From the NCBI GenBank assembly GCA_963840855.1, contig CAWJBB010000010.1, positions 32,348-96,347 on the forward strand: a DNA stretch of 64,000 nt, read 5' to 3'. The translations under genes and the position numbers were made by a program. Under the pieces are notes generated by a model. That model had not been told where the DNA came from, searched no databases, and worked only from the letters and a program-made list of their open reading frames with translations. This document shows, one piece after another, positions 41,036 to 51,779 of the stretch (position 1 is the first letter of the stretch; each line of letters opens with the position of its first letter). The stretch is from an uncultured delta proteobacterium (GTDB lineage: Bacteria > Desulfobacterota > Binatia > UBA9968).

Positions 41036-41040
41036 ACGCC

Positions 41041-41535
41041 ATGCCGGGTTCGGAAATACTTTTCTTCATCCTCGCCGGGCTGTTGGTGTTTTCGGCGCTG
41101 CTGGTGGTGTTCCAGCGCAACGTGGTCCATTGCGCCATGGCGCTGGTGGCGGCGCTTTTCTTAATCGCAATTCTATTTCTTACATTGCAAGCGCCGATGG
41201 TCGGTGTGCTCCAGATCCTCGTCTACGCCGGCGCGATCATGGTCTTGTTTCTCTTTGTCATCATGTTTTTGAATCCCACCACGTTGGAAGCGCGGCGCGG
41301 CTTGTGGTGGAGCTTTGGCGCAATGATGGCGTTGCTGCTCGCCGGCGCGTTAGTGGCCGTCACTACCAACGACAATCCACCGGCGAATCCGGTGGCAGCC
41401 ACGGAGCTGTTCGGTAGCCCCGAGGCCCTGGCCCAGAGTCTATTTACCGAGTTCGTTCTACCGTTCGAGATCGCCTCGGTGCTGCTGCTGGTGGCCATGG
41501 TTGGCGCGGTGGTTTTAGGCAAGAGGGAGCGCTAG
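41041..41535 (+). CDS. nuoJ: NADH-quinone oxidoreductase subunit J
   Basis: QILVYAGAIMVLFLFVIM, PFEIASVLLLVAMVGAV. Confidence 0.95.
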   Translation: MPGSEILFFILAGLLVFSALLVVFQRNVVHCAMALVAALFLIAILFLTLQAPMVGVLQILVYAGAIMVLFLFVIMFLNPTTLEARRGLWWSFGAMMALLLAGALVAVTTNDNPPANPVAATELFGSPEALAQSLFTEFVLPFEIASVLLLVAMVGAVVLGKRER

Positions 41536-41541
41536 GAGATC

Positions 41542-41844
41542 ATGGTCCCGCTTGGCTACTATCTCATCCTCAGCGCGGTGATCTTTACCATCGGCGTGCT
41601 CGGCGTCCTCATTCGGCGTAACTTGATCGTTCTCTTAATGTCCATCGAGCTGATGCTCAATGCCGTCAATCTGACGTTCATCGCGTTCTCCCGTTTCCTC
41701 GGCTCCACCGGCGGCCAGGTAATGGTTTTCTTCGTCATGGCCGTGGCGGCGGCTGAAGCGGTCATCGGTTTGGCCATCATCATCGCGGTTTTTCGCCATC
41801 GCCAGACCCTCGATCCCCAGGCGATGCACTTGCTCAAATGGTGA
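41542..41844 (+). CDS. nuoK: NADH-quinone oxidoreductase subunit K
   Basis: [24 protein letters not shown]. Confidence 0.96.
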   Translation: MVPLGYYLILSAVIFTIGVLGVLIRRNLIVLLMSIELMLNAVNLTFIAFSRFLGSTGGQVMVFFVMAVAAAEAVIGLAIIIAVFRHRQTLDPQAMHLLKW

Positions 41845-43766
41845 CTGTGAGCACGACCATGGCGACCTTGGACCTCCTGCGCTGGATTCCGCTGATTCCG
41901 CTCGGCGCGGCAGTCTTCAATATCTTCATTGGCTCCAAGCTGGGAAAAACCAGCGCCGGCATGCTGGCATCGCTAGCCGTCGGCGCATCTTTCGCCATCG
42001 CGCTTTATGTGTTTTGGCTGCTGCCCGCCAACGGTGTGTTCAAAGACGCGCTCTACACCTGGATCGAATCGGGCGCCTTGCAAGTGAAACTATCATTTCA
42101 GGTGGACGCCCTGACGGCGGTGATGCTGTTGATCGTAACCGGCATCGGCTTTTTGATTCATGTCTATTCGCTCGGCTATATGAGTCATGACGAAGACATG
42201 GCGCGCTTCTTCATTTATCTCAATTTGTTCATCTTCTTCATGCTAGTCCTGGTGATGGCCGACAACCTGCTCCTGCTCTTCGTCGGCTGGGAGGGCGTTG
42301 GGTTGTGCTCCTATCTGCTCATCGGCTTCTGGTATCGCGACCACAACAATACCGTCGCCGGCAACAAAGCCTTCATCGTCAACCGCATCGGCGATTTCGG
42401 TTTCGTGCTGGGCATTTTGCTTTTGGTCACGGAACTGGGACGCCAGGGAGTCTGGACCTTGGATTTCGCGGAGCTGCAAAAAAATGTCCGGCTTTTGAGC
42501 CCGCAGATGATCGCGGCGATCACGCTCCTCCTGTTCGTCGGCGCCACCGGCAAGTCAGCGCAGATTCCTCTGTTTGTTTGGTTGCCCGACGCCATGGCCG
42601 GTCCGACTCCGGTGAGCGCGCTGATCCATGCCGCCACCATGGTGACGGCGGGCGTGTACATGACCGCGCGGTTGCATTTTCTTTTTGCCCTGGCGCCAGC
42701 GACGCTGGCGCTAATCGCCTGGATCGGCGCGGCAACCGCCTTCTTCGCTGCGACTATTGCGCTCACGCAGAACGACATCAAGAAAGTCTTGGCCTACTCT
42801 ACCGTGAGCCAGTTGGGCTACATGTTTTTGGCCGTTGGCCTCGGCGCGTACGCCGCGGCAATCTTCCATGTTTTTACCCATGCTTTTTTCAAAGCCTGTT
42901 TGTTTCTCGGCGCCGGCAGCGTCATTCATGCCCTCGGCGGCGAACAAGACATGCGAAAAATGGGCGGTCTCAGATCGCGCATGCCGACGACCTACTGCAC
43001 CTACGTCATCGCCACCCTGGCCATTGCCGGCGCGCCGTTGACCGCCGGCTTTTTCTCCAAGGATCTCATCCTGTGGCAGGCCTTCAGTCACGGCGCGCTT
43101 GAGCTCTGGGCGATAGGTTTTCTTACGGCGGGCATGACGGCCTTTTATATGTTCCGCCAACTGATCATGGTGTTTCACGGCGAGTGCCGCGCCAGCGCTC
43201 ATGCCCAAGCGCACCTCCACGAATCGCCGGCAACCATGACCGTGCCGCTGGTTTTCTTGGCTGTGGGCTCGATTTTCGCCGGCTGGCTGGGCGCGCCGGA
43301 ATATCTCTGGGGCAGCAAGTGGGATCACTGGCTGGCGCCGGTCTTCGGCGCTCAGGAAGCGCATCACGAATCGGTGGCTGTAGAAATCTACGTGACCTTG
43401 GCGACCCTTGCGCTTGTCGGGACGGCGATTTGCCTGGCCTATGCGCGCTACGGCCGCCGCGGCGTGAAAATAGCGCAGGACACAGAAACCAGCGGCGGCG
43501 TTTTCTATCATCTTTCCCTGAATAAGTATTATATCGACGAACTTTACGATGTCGCCATCGTGCGTCCATTTACCGCGCTCTCAGATTGGCTGGCGCGGGT
43601 GTTCGACCCGGGCGTCATCGATGGCATCGCCAACGGCATCGCCGGGACGGCCCGGGGCATGAGCGTGCTCTGGCAGCGCGTGCAAACGGGCAACGTCCAG
43701 CATTACCTCGTTGGCTTTCTCGTCGGGACGCTAGCGCTGTTGGGCTATTATATCGGTCAACCGTAA
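41838..43766 (+). CDS. nuoL: NADH-quinone oxidoreductase subunit L
   Basis: [45 protein letters not shown]. Confidence 0.96.
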   Translation: MVTVSTTMATLDLLRWIPLIPLGAAVFNIFIGSKLGKTSAGMLASLAVGASFAIALYVFWLLPANGVFKDALYTWIESGALQVKLSFQVDALTAVMLLIVTGIGFLIHVYSLGYMSHDEDMARFFIYLNLFIFFMLVLVMADNLLLLFVGWEGVGLCSYLLIGFWYRDHNNTVAGNKAFIVNRIGDFGFVLGILLLVTELGRQGVWTLDFAELQKNVRLLSPQMIAAITLLLFVGATGKSAQIPLFVWLPDAMAGPTPVSALIHAATMVTAGVYMTARLHFLFALAPATLALIAWIGAATAFFAATIALTQNDIKKVLAYSTVSQLGYMFLAVGLGAYAAAIFHVFTHAFFKACLFLGAGSVIHALGGEQDMRKMGGLRSRMPTTYCTYVIATLAIAGAPLTAGFFSKDLILWQAFSHGALELWAIGFLTAGMTAFYMFRQLIMVFHGECRASAHAQAHLHESPATMTVPLVFLAVGSIFAGWLGAPEYLWGSKWDHWLAPVFGAQEAHHESVAVEIYVTLATLALVGTAICLAYARYGRRGVKIAQDTETSGGVFYHLSLNKYYIDELYDVAIVRPFTALSDWLARVFDPGVIDGIANGIAGTARGMSVLWQRVQTGNVQHYLVGFLVGTLALLGYYIGQP

Positions 43767-43768
43767 TC

Positions 43769-45319
43769 ATGCCGGGAATCGCCATCGGAGATTTGACTCT
43801 CTTGCTGCTGATACCGGTTGTCGGGGCGGCGGTTTTATTGCTTGTGCCGCGGCGGCTGACCGGCGCGCTTTTTTTCTTTGCGCTCGCGGCGAGCGGTCTG
43901 GGCTTCGCCTGGTCGCTCAAGATTCTTGCCGCGTTCGACGGCGCCAAAGGCGAAATGCAGCTCATCGAGCGCATCGCCTGGATGCCGGGCTTCGGCATCG
44001 AATACCTCGTCGGCATCGACGGCATCAGTCTGTTCTTGGTATTGCTCACCACCTTCCTCATGCCCCTCGCCGTGCTGGCGTCCTGGCCGGTGCAGGACAA
44101 AGTCAAGGAATACCTCGTTTTCATGCTGCTGTTGGAAACCGGCATGCTCGGCGCCTTCGTCGCCCTGGACCTGGTGCTCTTTTATGTTTTTTGGGAAGTG
44201 ATGCTGGTGCCGATGTACTTTCTCATCGGCGTATGGGGCGGCGCGCGGCGCATCTATGCGGCGGTTAAATTCGTCATCTTCACCATGGCCGGCAGTCTGC
44301 TGATGCTAGTCGCGATCATTTACCTGGCTACGCGCTACGCTCAGGAGACGCAGGCGGTGACCTTCGATCTTTTGCGCCTGTACGATTTCCGCTTGTCTGC
44401 CAATGAACAGATGTGGCTGTTTCTCGCCTTCGCGCTGTCGTTCAGCATTAAAGTGCCGCTCTTTCCGCTGCATACCTGGTTGCCCGACGCTCACGTGGAG
44501 GCGCCGACAGCCGCCTCGGTGATCCTCGCCGCAATTTTGCTCAAGTTCGGCACCTACGGTTTTCTACGCTTTGCGCTGCCGCTATTCCCCGACGCCGCGC
44601 TGGCGAGCGCTCCTTACTTCGTCGCGCTTTCCGTCATCGGTATCATTTACGGCGCGGCGGTGGCGATGATGCAAGCGGATATCAAGAAACTGGTCGCTTA
44701 TTCCTCCGTCAGCCATCTCGGCTTCGTGATGCTGGGGCTTTTTGCATTGAATATGCAGGGCGTGCAAGGCGGCATTTATCAAATGCTCAACCACGGTCTT
44801 TCCACCGGCGCGCTGTTTCTTCTCGTCGGCATGATCTATGAACGGCGCCACAGCCGCATGATCGATGATTTCGGCGGGCTTTGGCAGCAGGTGCCGGTTT
44901 TCTCCGGCCTGTTGATGCTGGTCACTCTTTCGTCTATTGGTTTGCCCGGGCTGAACGGCTTCATCGGCGAGTTCTTGATCCTGCTCGGCGCCTTCGCCGT
45001 CACGCCGGGTTGGACGGCGGTGGCGGCCACCGGGTTAATCCTCGGCGCGGTCTATATGCTGTGGATGTTTCGCCGGGTGATTTTTGGGCCGCTCACGCGT
45101 CCGGAAAATCAGCAACTGCGAGATCTCAACGCCAGAGAGCTGCTGATCATGGCACCCATCGTCGCGCTGATTATTATCATGGGCGTATATCCGCAGCCTT
45201 TTTTGAGCCGCATGAAGCCGTCGATAGATTTCACGCTCAAGAAAATTTTTGCCGTACACTCGGCGCCCGCTGCGGTCACTGCCGCTCAGGATGGAGAACG
45301 CAGGAGCGATGGACGTTAA
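43769..45319 (+). CDS. nuoM: NADH-quinone oxidoreductase subunit M
   Basis: FYVFWE, KVPLFPLHTWLPDAHVEAPT, AYSSVSHLG, LPGLNGFIGE. Confidence 0.96.
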   Translation: MPGIAIGDLTLLLLIPVVGAAVLLLVPRRLTGALFFFALAASGLGFAWSLKILAAFDGAKGEMQLIERIAWMPGFGIEYLVGIDGISLFLVLLTTFLMPLAVLASWPVQDKVKEYLVFMLLLETGMLGAFVALDLVLFYVFWEVMLVPMYFLIGVWGGARRIYAAVKFVIFTMAGSLLMLVAIIYLATRYAQETQAVTFDLLRLYDFRLSANEQMWLFLAFALSFSIKVPLFPLHTWLPDAHVEAPTAASVILAAILLKFGTYGFLRFALPLFPDAALASAPYFVALSVIGIIYGAAVAMMQADIKKLVAYSSVSHLGFVMLGLFALNMQGVQGGIYQMLNHGLSTGALFLLVGMIYERRHSRMIDDFGGLWQQVPVFSGLLMLVTLSSIGLPGLNGFIGEFLILLGAFAVTPGWTAVAATGLILGAVYMLWMFRRVIFGPLTRPENQQLRDLNARELLIMAPIVALIIIMGVYPQPFLSRMKPSIDFTLKKIFAVHSAPAAVTAAQDGERRSDGR

Positions 45320-46748
45320 CCCCATACCGCTTTTGCCGGCTGCCCAGGTTCTGGTGACGGCGCTGGTCGTCATGCTGCTCGATCTCTTTCTCAAAGAAAA
45401 CGAGAAAGGGTTGCTCGCGTGGATCAGTCTGCTCGGACTCGCGCTGTGCGGCGGCGAGACGGTATTTCTCTGGGGCAGCCATGAAGGCGCCTTCGGCGAC
45501 AGCTTATACCTGGACAACTTCGCGCTGTTTTTCACGCAGATATTTCTCGGCGCGGCGGCGCTGACGATTCTCTCCTCGATTCAATTTGTCAGGGCGGCGA
45601 AGATTGACGAAGGCGAATTTTACGCCCTGGTGCTTTTCGCCACTCTGGGAATGATCCTCATGGCGGCGGCCAACGATCTCATGGTTTTCTTTTTGGCGCT
45701 GGAAACCATGTCCATCGCCGTCTACGTTCTGACCGGCATCCAGCGAAGCAGCAGCCGGTCGACGGAAGCGGCAATGAAATATTTTCTCACCGGCGCTTTC
45801 GCCACCGGGTTTTTGCTTTATGGCATCGCTTTGATCTACGGCGCCACCGGCTCCACCAACTTGAACCAGATCTCCGCCTATTTGCTCGAGCCCGCGGTGG
45901 ACTGGCCCTATTATCTTGTCGGTGGAGCCTTGCTTCTACTCGCCGGCTTCGCCTTCAAAATCGGCGCCGTGCCGTTTCATTTTTGGGTGCCCGATGTTTA
46001 TGAGGGCGCGCCGACTCCGGTCACGGGACTCATGTCCGTGGGTGTCAAAGCGGCGGCTTTCGCGGCCTGGGCGCGCATCGTGCTCCATAAGCTGTCACCC
46101 GTGGATGACGACTGGGTTTTCCCCGTCATGGTTCTGGCGGTGGCGACAATGACGCTCGGAAATCTGCTCGCCATCGCGCAATCGAGCGTCAAACGGATGC
46201 TTGCCTATTCGAGCATCGCGCACGCCGGTTATCTTTTGATCGGCATCGTGGTGGGGGAAGAGTGGGGCGGCATGCCGCTGCTTTTCTATCTGCTTGCCTA
46301 CGCGTGCATGACCGCCGGGGCCTTCGCTGTGCTGACCGCCCTCGATGAAGGCGAAACGGTGCGCGAAAATTATCGCGACTTCGCCGGTCTCGGCTACAAA
46401 CGGCCGTTTCTCGCGCTCACCATGGCGCTTTTTATGTTATCGCTGGCGGGCTTTCCGCCCCTGGCCGGCTTCACGGGGAAATTTTATATCTTCCGCTCCG
46501 CCGTGCTCTCCGGCCACACGCCGTTGGCGATTATCGGCGTGCTCAATAGTTTGTTGTCCCTCGTTTATTATCTGCGCGTGATAGTGGCGATGTACATGGA
46601 AGAAGGGGGCGCGGAAGGAAAATCTTTCGCCTCGTCTCCCTACCTTTATATCGCAGTGGGTCTGGCGGTTGCGGGAACGCTCTATCTGGGGATACTGCCC
46701 GCGCGGGCCCTGGAGTGGAGCCGGCTGGCGTTTTTCTCCCTGGACTAA
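45309..46748 (+). CDS. nuoN: NADH-quinone oxidoreductase subunit N
   Basis: EAAMKYF, FKIGAVPFHFWVPDVYEGAP, KRMLAYSSIAHAGY. Confidence 0.96.
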   Translation: MDVNPIPLLPAAQVLVTALVVMLLDLFLKENEKGLLAWISLLGLALCGGETVFLWGSHEGAFGDSLYLDNFALFFTQIFLGAAALTILSSIQFVRAAKIDEGEFYALVLFATLGMILMAAANDLMVFFLALETMSIAVYVLTGIQRSSSRSTEAAMKYFLTGAFATGFLLYGIALIYGATGSTNLNQISAYLLEPAVDWPYYLVGGALLLLAGFAFKIGAVPFHFWVPDVYEGAPTPVTGLMSVGVKAAAFAAWARIVLHKLSPVDDDWVFPVMVLAVATMTLGNLLAIAQSSVKRMLAYSSIAHAGYLLIGIVVGEEWGGMPLLFYLLAYACMTAGAFAVLTALDEGETVRENYRDFAGLGYKRPFLALTMALFMLSLAGFPPLAGFTGKFYIFRSAVLSGHTPLAIIGVLNSLLSLVYYLRVIVAMYMEEGGAEGKSFASSPYLYIAVGLAVAGTLYLGILPARALEWSRLAFFSLD

Positions 46749-46752
46749 TTTC

Positions 46753-46852
46753 GTTCAAAGTTCAAGGTTCAATGTTCAAGGTATTCCGGTCGGATTTCGT
46801 ATACCGATCGGGGACCCCTTAACTTTGAACCTTGAACGTTGAACTTTGAACA
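46753..46852. repeat. GTTCAAN / NTTGAAC inverted heptamer array between convergent genes
   Basis: gttcaaagttcaaggttcaatgttcaag ... tttgaaccttgaacgttgaactttgaac. Confidence 0.8.
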
Positions 46853-46915
46853 CGGTAATTCGTGGCGCCCGATTTCGCGCAATGAGTTCATGGCTGGAGC
46901 AAAGCTCATAGGCTT

Positions 46916-47740
46916 TTACTTGCTAAAGAAGCCGATGGCGACGGGAACCTCGGCGGTTCCGGCGATCAATTCTTCGTACTTGCCGCTCTTGATGTAAACT
47001 TGCGCTGAACCGCCGCCGTCGAGGGCCAGGAGATCATGAGCCTGGAGCTGCCATTGCGGGGCGGAGAACAGCTCTTGCAGTTCAGTCCACGACAGACCGC
47101 CGAGTAAGGTATCGGTGACGGCGATAATCAGCCGTTGTTCCTTGTCGATGCCGATCAGCGCGCGCCGGCTCGGCCGGCTCGGCACGCCGGTAATGGCTTG
47201 CGCACTGCCGCCTAGCAGCAACAGCGGCCCGGCCTGAACCCCTTCATCGGCATGGGCCGGCAGAAAACCCTCGCGGTGCGCGATAAACGGTTGACGGTCT
47301 TTCATGCCGAAGATCCCCGAATAGATTGCCGCCGGGGAGACGCGCGGGTTGATGGTCCTGGCCGCGGTTTTCAAGAAGGCGAGCGGTCGTCCCTCCGGGT
47401 CATAATAATTGGCGTTGATGGCGGCGATGGCGCCGGTTTTTTGCGCGAAGCTTTTGACGTCCGCGACCTTGAGATCGTGCTCTGCGCCATAAATCACCCG
47501 GGGCACGATCAAACTTGTGTCGAAGCGAAACAGCTTGAGGTCGAGGGTATGTGCGGATTGCGCGCGCTCCAGAGTGATTTTGCGGAGATCTATTCCCTTC
47601 TGAACGGATTTCCAGGCTCCTACGCCGATCACCGCCAGGGTAGGACTACTTTTAAGTTTAACGGGTAAATCCGCTGAATCGGCGCTGGCGCAGAAACCGC
47701 AAAGCAGGATTCCAACAATAGTCGCAACAATACGGGACAT
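46916..47740 (-). CDS. Phosphodiester glycosidase (NAGPA/DUF2233) family secreted protein
   Basis: AAINANYY, QAGPLLL, RRALIG, LALDGGGS; signal peptide. Confidence 0.88.
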   Translation of the reverse strand: MSRIVATIVGILLCGFCASADSADLPVKLKSSPTLAVIGVGAWKSVQKGIDLRKITLERAQSAHTLDLKLFRFDTSLIVPRVIYGAEHDLKVADVKSFAQKTGAIAAINANYYDPEGRPLAFLKTAARTINPRVSPAAIYSGIFGMKDRQPFIAHREGFLPAHADEGVQAGPLLLLGGSAQAITGVPSRPSRRALIGIDKEQRLIIAVTDTLLGGLSWTELQELFSAPQWQLQAHDLLALDGGGSAQVYIKSGKYEELIAGTAEVPVAIGFFSK

Positions 47741-48018
47741 CACGGGTTCCAACACCAGAATAGCAAAAGAGCCGCTAAAAAAAAGCGCCGGCAGCGATGG
47801 TGGCGTATTGCGCCCCGGCGCACATTATTGCTAAGTATTTAGGTGACATCCTCGGGCCAAGCCCTTTCAAGCGTGGCAGACGGCTGCCGGTTCAAAGTTC
47901 AACGTTCAAGGTTCAAAGTTAAGGAGTGCCGGTCAGAGGCACAAAATGCGACCGGAATACGTTGAACATTGAACCTTGAACTTTGAACGAAAAGACCAGT
48001 GGAAGAAGGAGGACAGCG

Positions 48019-48219
48019 ATGAAATACTACCTATGGATACTGTTGAGTTTGATTTTAGCTTTGCCGGCCTGCGGCGGCGACCAGAAGAGTTCCGATGAGC
48101 GGGCGAAGGAAGCCCAGAAGGCGATCCAAGAAGGGATGCAAAAGGAAAAACAGATGTACGAAGGCATGCAAAAAGGGGCCGAAGCTGTCCAGAAGCAGGT
48201 CGAAGAAAAGACCAAGTAA
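48019..48219 (+). CDS. Small coiled-coil lipoprotein
   Basis: MKYYLWILLSLILALPAC lipobox; AGGAGG RBS; K/E/Q-rich helix. Confidence 0.7.
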   Translation: MKYYLWILLSLILALPACGGDQKSSDERAKEAQKAIQEGMQKEKQMYEGMQKGAEAVQKQVEEKTK

Positions 48220-48267
48220 TTCTCCGGTCACCCTTTCATTGCTCGGAGCGCCTTATTCTCCTTCGCC

Positions 48268-48392
48268 GAATACCTCGCAGCTTGCTGCGAGGATGAAGGC
48301 GAGGAGAACCCTCCGTAGCCTTGGCGAAGGAGGGTGGAACGGCTTCGGAGAATTTCGCAAAGATACCTCGGAGCTTTGCTCCGAGGAGCTTC
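48268..48392. repeat. Three-hairpin palindromic (REP/PATE-like) element
   Basis: CCTCGCAGC-TT-GCTGCGAGG (48273-48292) and CCTCGGAGC-TTT-GCTCCGAGG (48366-48386), both preceded by ATA; central CCCTCC...GGAGGG. Confidence 0.7.
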
Positions 48393-48708
48393 ATTTTCGC
48401 GGTGTGATTTCAAAAACGACGCGGTCCATACGCGGTGGGGAATCGCGCAGGGTTAGGATCCGCCGACGCAGCGCGTCGTCGGTCACTTGCTTCGCCACGC
48501 CAGAGAGCTTTTCGCCTCTGACGCTGATCTCGACGGCAGGATTCTTGATCATGTTCTGGCACCAGTGCTTTCCTTCCACCCTGCTGGAAGAGGCGTAGAA
48601 GCTCCCCTTAAAATGAAGAAAGCGCAGCTCCACGGTCCGTGGCAAGCCGCTCTTGCGTCCGATGGTTGTGAGAGCCGCGACCAACGAAGCGCCGTCTTCG
48701 AGTTTCAT
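48391..48708 (-). CDS. Deazaflavin (F420)-dependent nitroreductase-like (DDN/split barrel) protein
   Basis: LTTIGRKSGLPRT, WCQNMIKNPAV. Confidence 0.8.
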   Translation of the reverse strand: MKLEDGASLVAALTTIGRKSGLPRTVELRFLHFKGSFYASSSRVEGKHWCQNMIKNPAVEISVRGEKLSGVAKQVTDDALRRRILTLRDSPPRMDRVVFEITPRK

Positions 48709-48962
48709 GGCGCCGAATATACGGCGGTGTAAGTCGTTAAACAAGACGGTATATATCGCTGCGCTCCGTTCATGCCCTGCGGGCGGTTCAAAGTTCAACG
48801 TTCAAAGTTCAAGGGCAGGCAGAGGGATAGATCCAGTCGTTGAATGCCCATCCTTCATTCTTTCCCCTAGCGAGGGTAATCCTTGACTCGTTTATTCCCG
48901 GGAGGATAAGCTTGGCGGCGCTGAGTAGGAGCGTTTAACCAACAAGAAAATCGGAGGCTGAT

Positions 48963-49799
48963 ATGGCGGCTAGGTCCGCGGCTAAGCGGAGGACCGGAAT
49001 CCAACCTTCAATGATCAAGTTCGGCGGCGGTATTGAAGCGGTACGGGCGCTGCCGAGAGCAAAAGGCAAACGCCCCGCGGTGATTATCCTTCACGAGCGC
49101 TACGGCATCGATCAACACACCAAGGACCTGACGGTGAAGCTGGCGCAAGCCGGCTTCGTCGGTTTGGCGCCGGATCTTTTTCACCGCTTCACGGGCGACC
49201 GCAAAGCGGTCCTGCGCGGCGAACAAAGGGTCGATCTCACCGATGACGGCGCCCTGGAAGATTTGAACGCTGCGGTGGAGTATCTGAAAAAACTCAAAAA
49301 CGTCGACGCCGCGAAAATCGGCATTATCGGCGTGTGCCAGACGGGACGGCAGCCGGTGCTGCTGGCGGCGAAACGGAACGACATCGCCGGCGCTGTGGTG
49401 CTCTATGGCGCCGTCGGCGGCAGGGAATGGCAGGGCAATCCGCTTCGGCCCACGCCCATCGAAGAGCTGGTCGCCCAGGTGGCTTGTCCGGTATTGGGAA
49501 TCTTCGGCGAGGCCGATCATATCATTTCTATCGACGACGTTGTGCGCTTCCGCAATTGTTTGGAGAAAGCCAAAAAAAACTTTCACATTCGCATATACCG
49601 TGACGCGCCGCACGGCTGGCTCAACGACACCATGCCCGGCCGGTACCGCAAAGCAGCGGCAAAGGACGCCTGGAGCCTGATGATGGCGTTTCTTAAAAAA
49701 AGTTTTTCGGGCGGCTGGGACAAAGACAGAATCGCCTGTGTTTTTGAAAACGACTACTCGGCAAAGTATGATTTCTCCAAGAACGTTCGCATGGAATAG
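48963..49799 (+). CDS. Dienelactone hydrolase family protein
   Basis: ILHERYGI, APDLF, GVCQTG nucleophile, FGEADH, APHGW. Confidence 0.9.
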   Translation: MAARSAAKRRTGIQPSMIKFGGGIEAVRALPRAKGKRPAVIILHERYGIDQHTKDLTVKLAQAGFVGLAPDLFHRFTGDRKAVLRGEQRVDLTDDGALEDLNAAVEYLKKLKNVDAAKIGIIGVCQTGRQPVLLAAKRNDIAGAVVLYGAVGGREWQGNPLRPTPIEELVAQVACPVLGIFGEADHIISIDDVVRFRNCLEKAKKNFHIRIYRDAPHGWLNDTMPGRYRKAAAKDAWSLMMAFLKKSFSGGWDKDRIACVFENDYSAKYDFSKNVRME

Positions 49800-49837
49800 A
49801 CCAGGCGCGATAGAGCCGCAACCGAAACTCGGAATAT

Positions 49838-49962
49838 CTCGCGCAAAGGCGCCAAGGCCGCAAAGATCGGAAAAAAATGGTGAAAATCATTTGCGAGAAT
49901 ATTTTTCCTTCCCCTCCAAACTTGGCGCCTTTGCGCCTTAGCGGGAGGAATTTCCGAATCCG
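49838..49962. repeat. CGCAAAG/CTTTGCG-type inverted intergenic repeat
   Basis: tctcgcgcaaaggcgccaaggccgcaaag ... cttggcgcctttgcgccttagcgggag; related copy at 61752-61825. Confidence 0.7.
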
Positions 49963-50050
49963 AGAACCTTCGACTTCCGGAATATATAAGCGGCACGCTA
50001 TGACAAACATGTTGGTCTTAGTTTTTGGATAGTAATACGAGGTAAATTTG

Positions 50051-51026
50051 ATGTATTCAAAAACGATCAGACGACTTGTTCTGCCTTTTGCCGCCGCGCT
50101 TTGCGCGCTGCTATTGCCGATGCCCAGTCTCGACCGCGATTGGCGCCGAACGGGTGACCATCGCGACGCCAAGCCGGGGATTGTTTGAATTTCCGGTAGT
50201 CGTGGCAATGCGCAAAGGCTTTTACAAAGACGAAGGGATCGACGTCGACAAGGTGCAGATGCAACCCGCTCTCGGCGTAAAAGCGCTCATGTCCGGCGAT
50301 GTGGACTATCTGCTCGCATGGGGATCGGCGCTGCGCGCCGCAGTAACCGGCGTTCCCATCAAAGCCGTCGTCGGCTTCGCCGGGCGGCCGCTGCACGTGC
50401 TGATTGCCCGGCCGGAAATCAAAACGCCGAAGGATCTCAAGGGCAAGGTCATCGGCGTCGATTCGGTGGCGGGCACCGTGGATTATTTGTCACGCGTCGC
50501 AGTGCGGCACTTCGGCATGGAGCCGGATAGAGATGTCACGATTATCGTCACAGGCGAAAGCCCGACGCGCCTGGTGGCGCTGCGCGCCGGCTCCATCGAT
50601 GCGACGCCGATTGACGTCGCCTTCGCGGTAAAGGCGGAAGACGAAGGCTTCAAGCGGCTTATCTACCTCGGCGACATTATCGAACTGCCGCTCTCGGGAC
50701 TGGCAGTGATGGACACAAAACTTCAGACGCAGCGCGAGCAGGTCAAAAAAGTCGTCCGCGCCGGCGTGCGCGGCGTGCGCTTCATGAAACAGAACCGCGC
50801 TGAGACAATCCAGATGCTCTCCGATTATTTGCGCATCACTCCGGCGCAATCGGCCAAAGCCTACGATGCATCGATCAAATCTTTCACCGACGACGGCATG
50901 ATTTCCGACAAAGGCGTGCAGCTCGACGTGCAACTGACGAAAGAACGCCTCAAAATCACCAAAGATATTCCACTGAGCCAGCTGGTGGATTGGAGTCTGG
51001 TGAGGGAGATCAAGGCGGCGCATTAA
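50051..51026 (+). CDS. NitT/TauT-family ABC substrate-binding protein; frameshift near 50125
   Basis: Signal peptide MYSKTIRRLVLPFAAALCALL from ATG 50051; KGFYKDEGID, DLKGKVIGV, ALRAGSIDA. Confidence 0.85.
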
Positions 51027-51236
51027 GCAGCGCAGCTCGGATAGGATTGACGGTGGGATAGGGAGGTTCCATGCTCACAGGTTCATGTCTTTGCGGCGGT
51101 GTTAAATTAGACGTCAAAGGCAAAGGTGAAATGGAAGTTTGGCAGGTTTGCGGTGATCTGCTACAACCGGATGAAACAGGAGCGGAGTCAAAACCGGAAA
51201 ATTCGATGGTCTGACAGTTTCGATTGCCGGCATTTC

Positions 51237-51743
51237 ATGAAGCGAATTCTCTGCGTTGGATTATTGATACATTTGGTTGCGGCTTGCGGTTCGGAAAGTT
51301 TCACTGAAATTGAGAGTGTTCGGACCCCGTTGTTCCCTGGATTCGAAAGCTACGCCTCCCGCGAAGAAGTCATGCCGAAGCTGTCGCGCGAAGTCGAGAT
51401 AAAGCTCGTTGAAGAATCGTCGTTGTCCACGGGCGGCTCGACGCCGCCTTATCGCATCTATGCGATCAGCATTTCGCCCTATCCGCACCTCGAGCAACCC
51501 GGCAAGCTGCTCATCACGTTCTACAACAACCGGCTGCTACAAACGGCCTATTATCCCGAAAATATCGACGACTACGTTATAGCTTTGCGAAGAAGCGGTG
51601 TCGCTGTCGAGTCTGGGCACGAGCTGATTAAGGGCCATACCATGATCTGGATCGGCGTCGACTTCGACAACGTACCGTACGTGGGGTGGGCGGACAAACG
51701 CTTGCGCGAACAGCAGCGGCGCTGGCTGGCTAACTACAGATGA
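51237..51743 (+). CDS. Hypothetical lipoprotein
   Basis: MKRILCVGLLIHLVAAC lipobox; 168-aa ORF. Confidence 0.65.
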   Translation: MKRILCVGLLIHLVAACGSESFTEIESVRTPLFPGFESYASREEVMPKLSREVEIKLVEESSLSTGGSTPPYRIYAISISPYPHLEQPGKLLITFYNNRLLQTAYYPENIDDYVIALRRSGVAVESGHELIKGHTMIWIGVDFDNVPYVGWADKRLREQQRRWLANYR

Positions 51744-51779
51744 GATCCTTTCCGGCCTAATGGAACAACCAAGCTCTTC

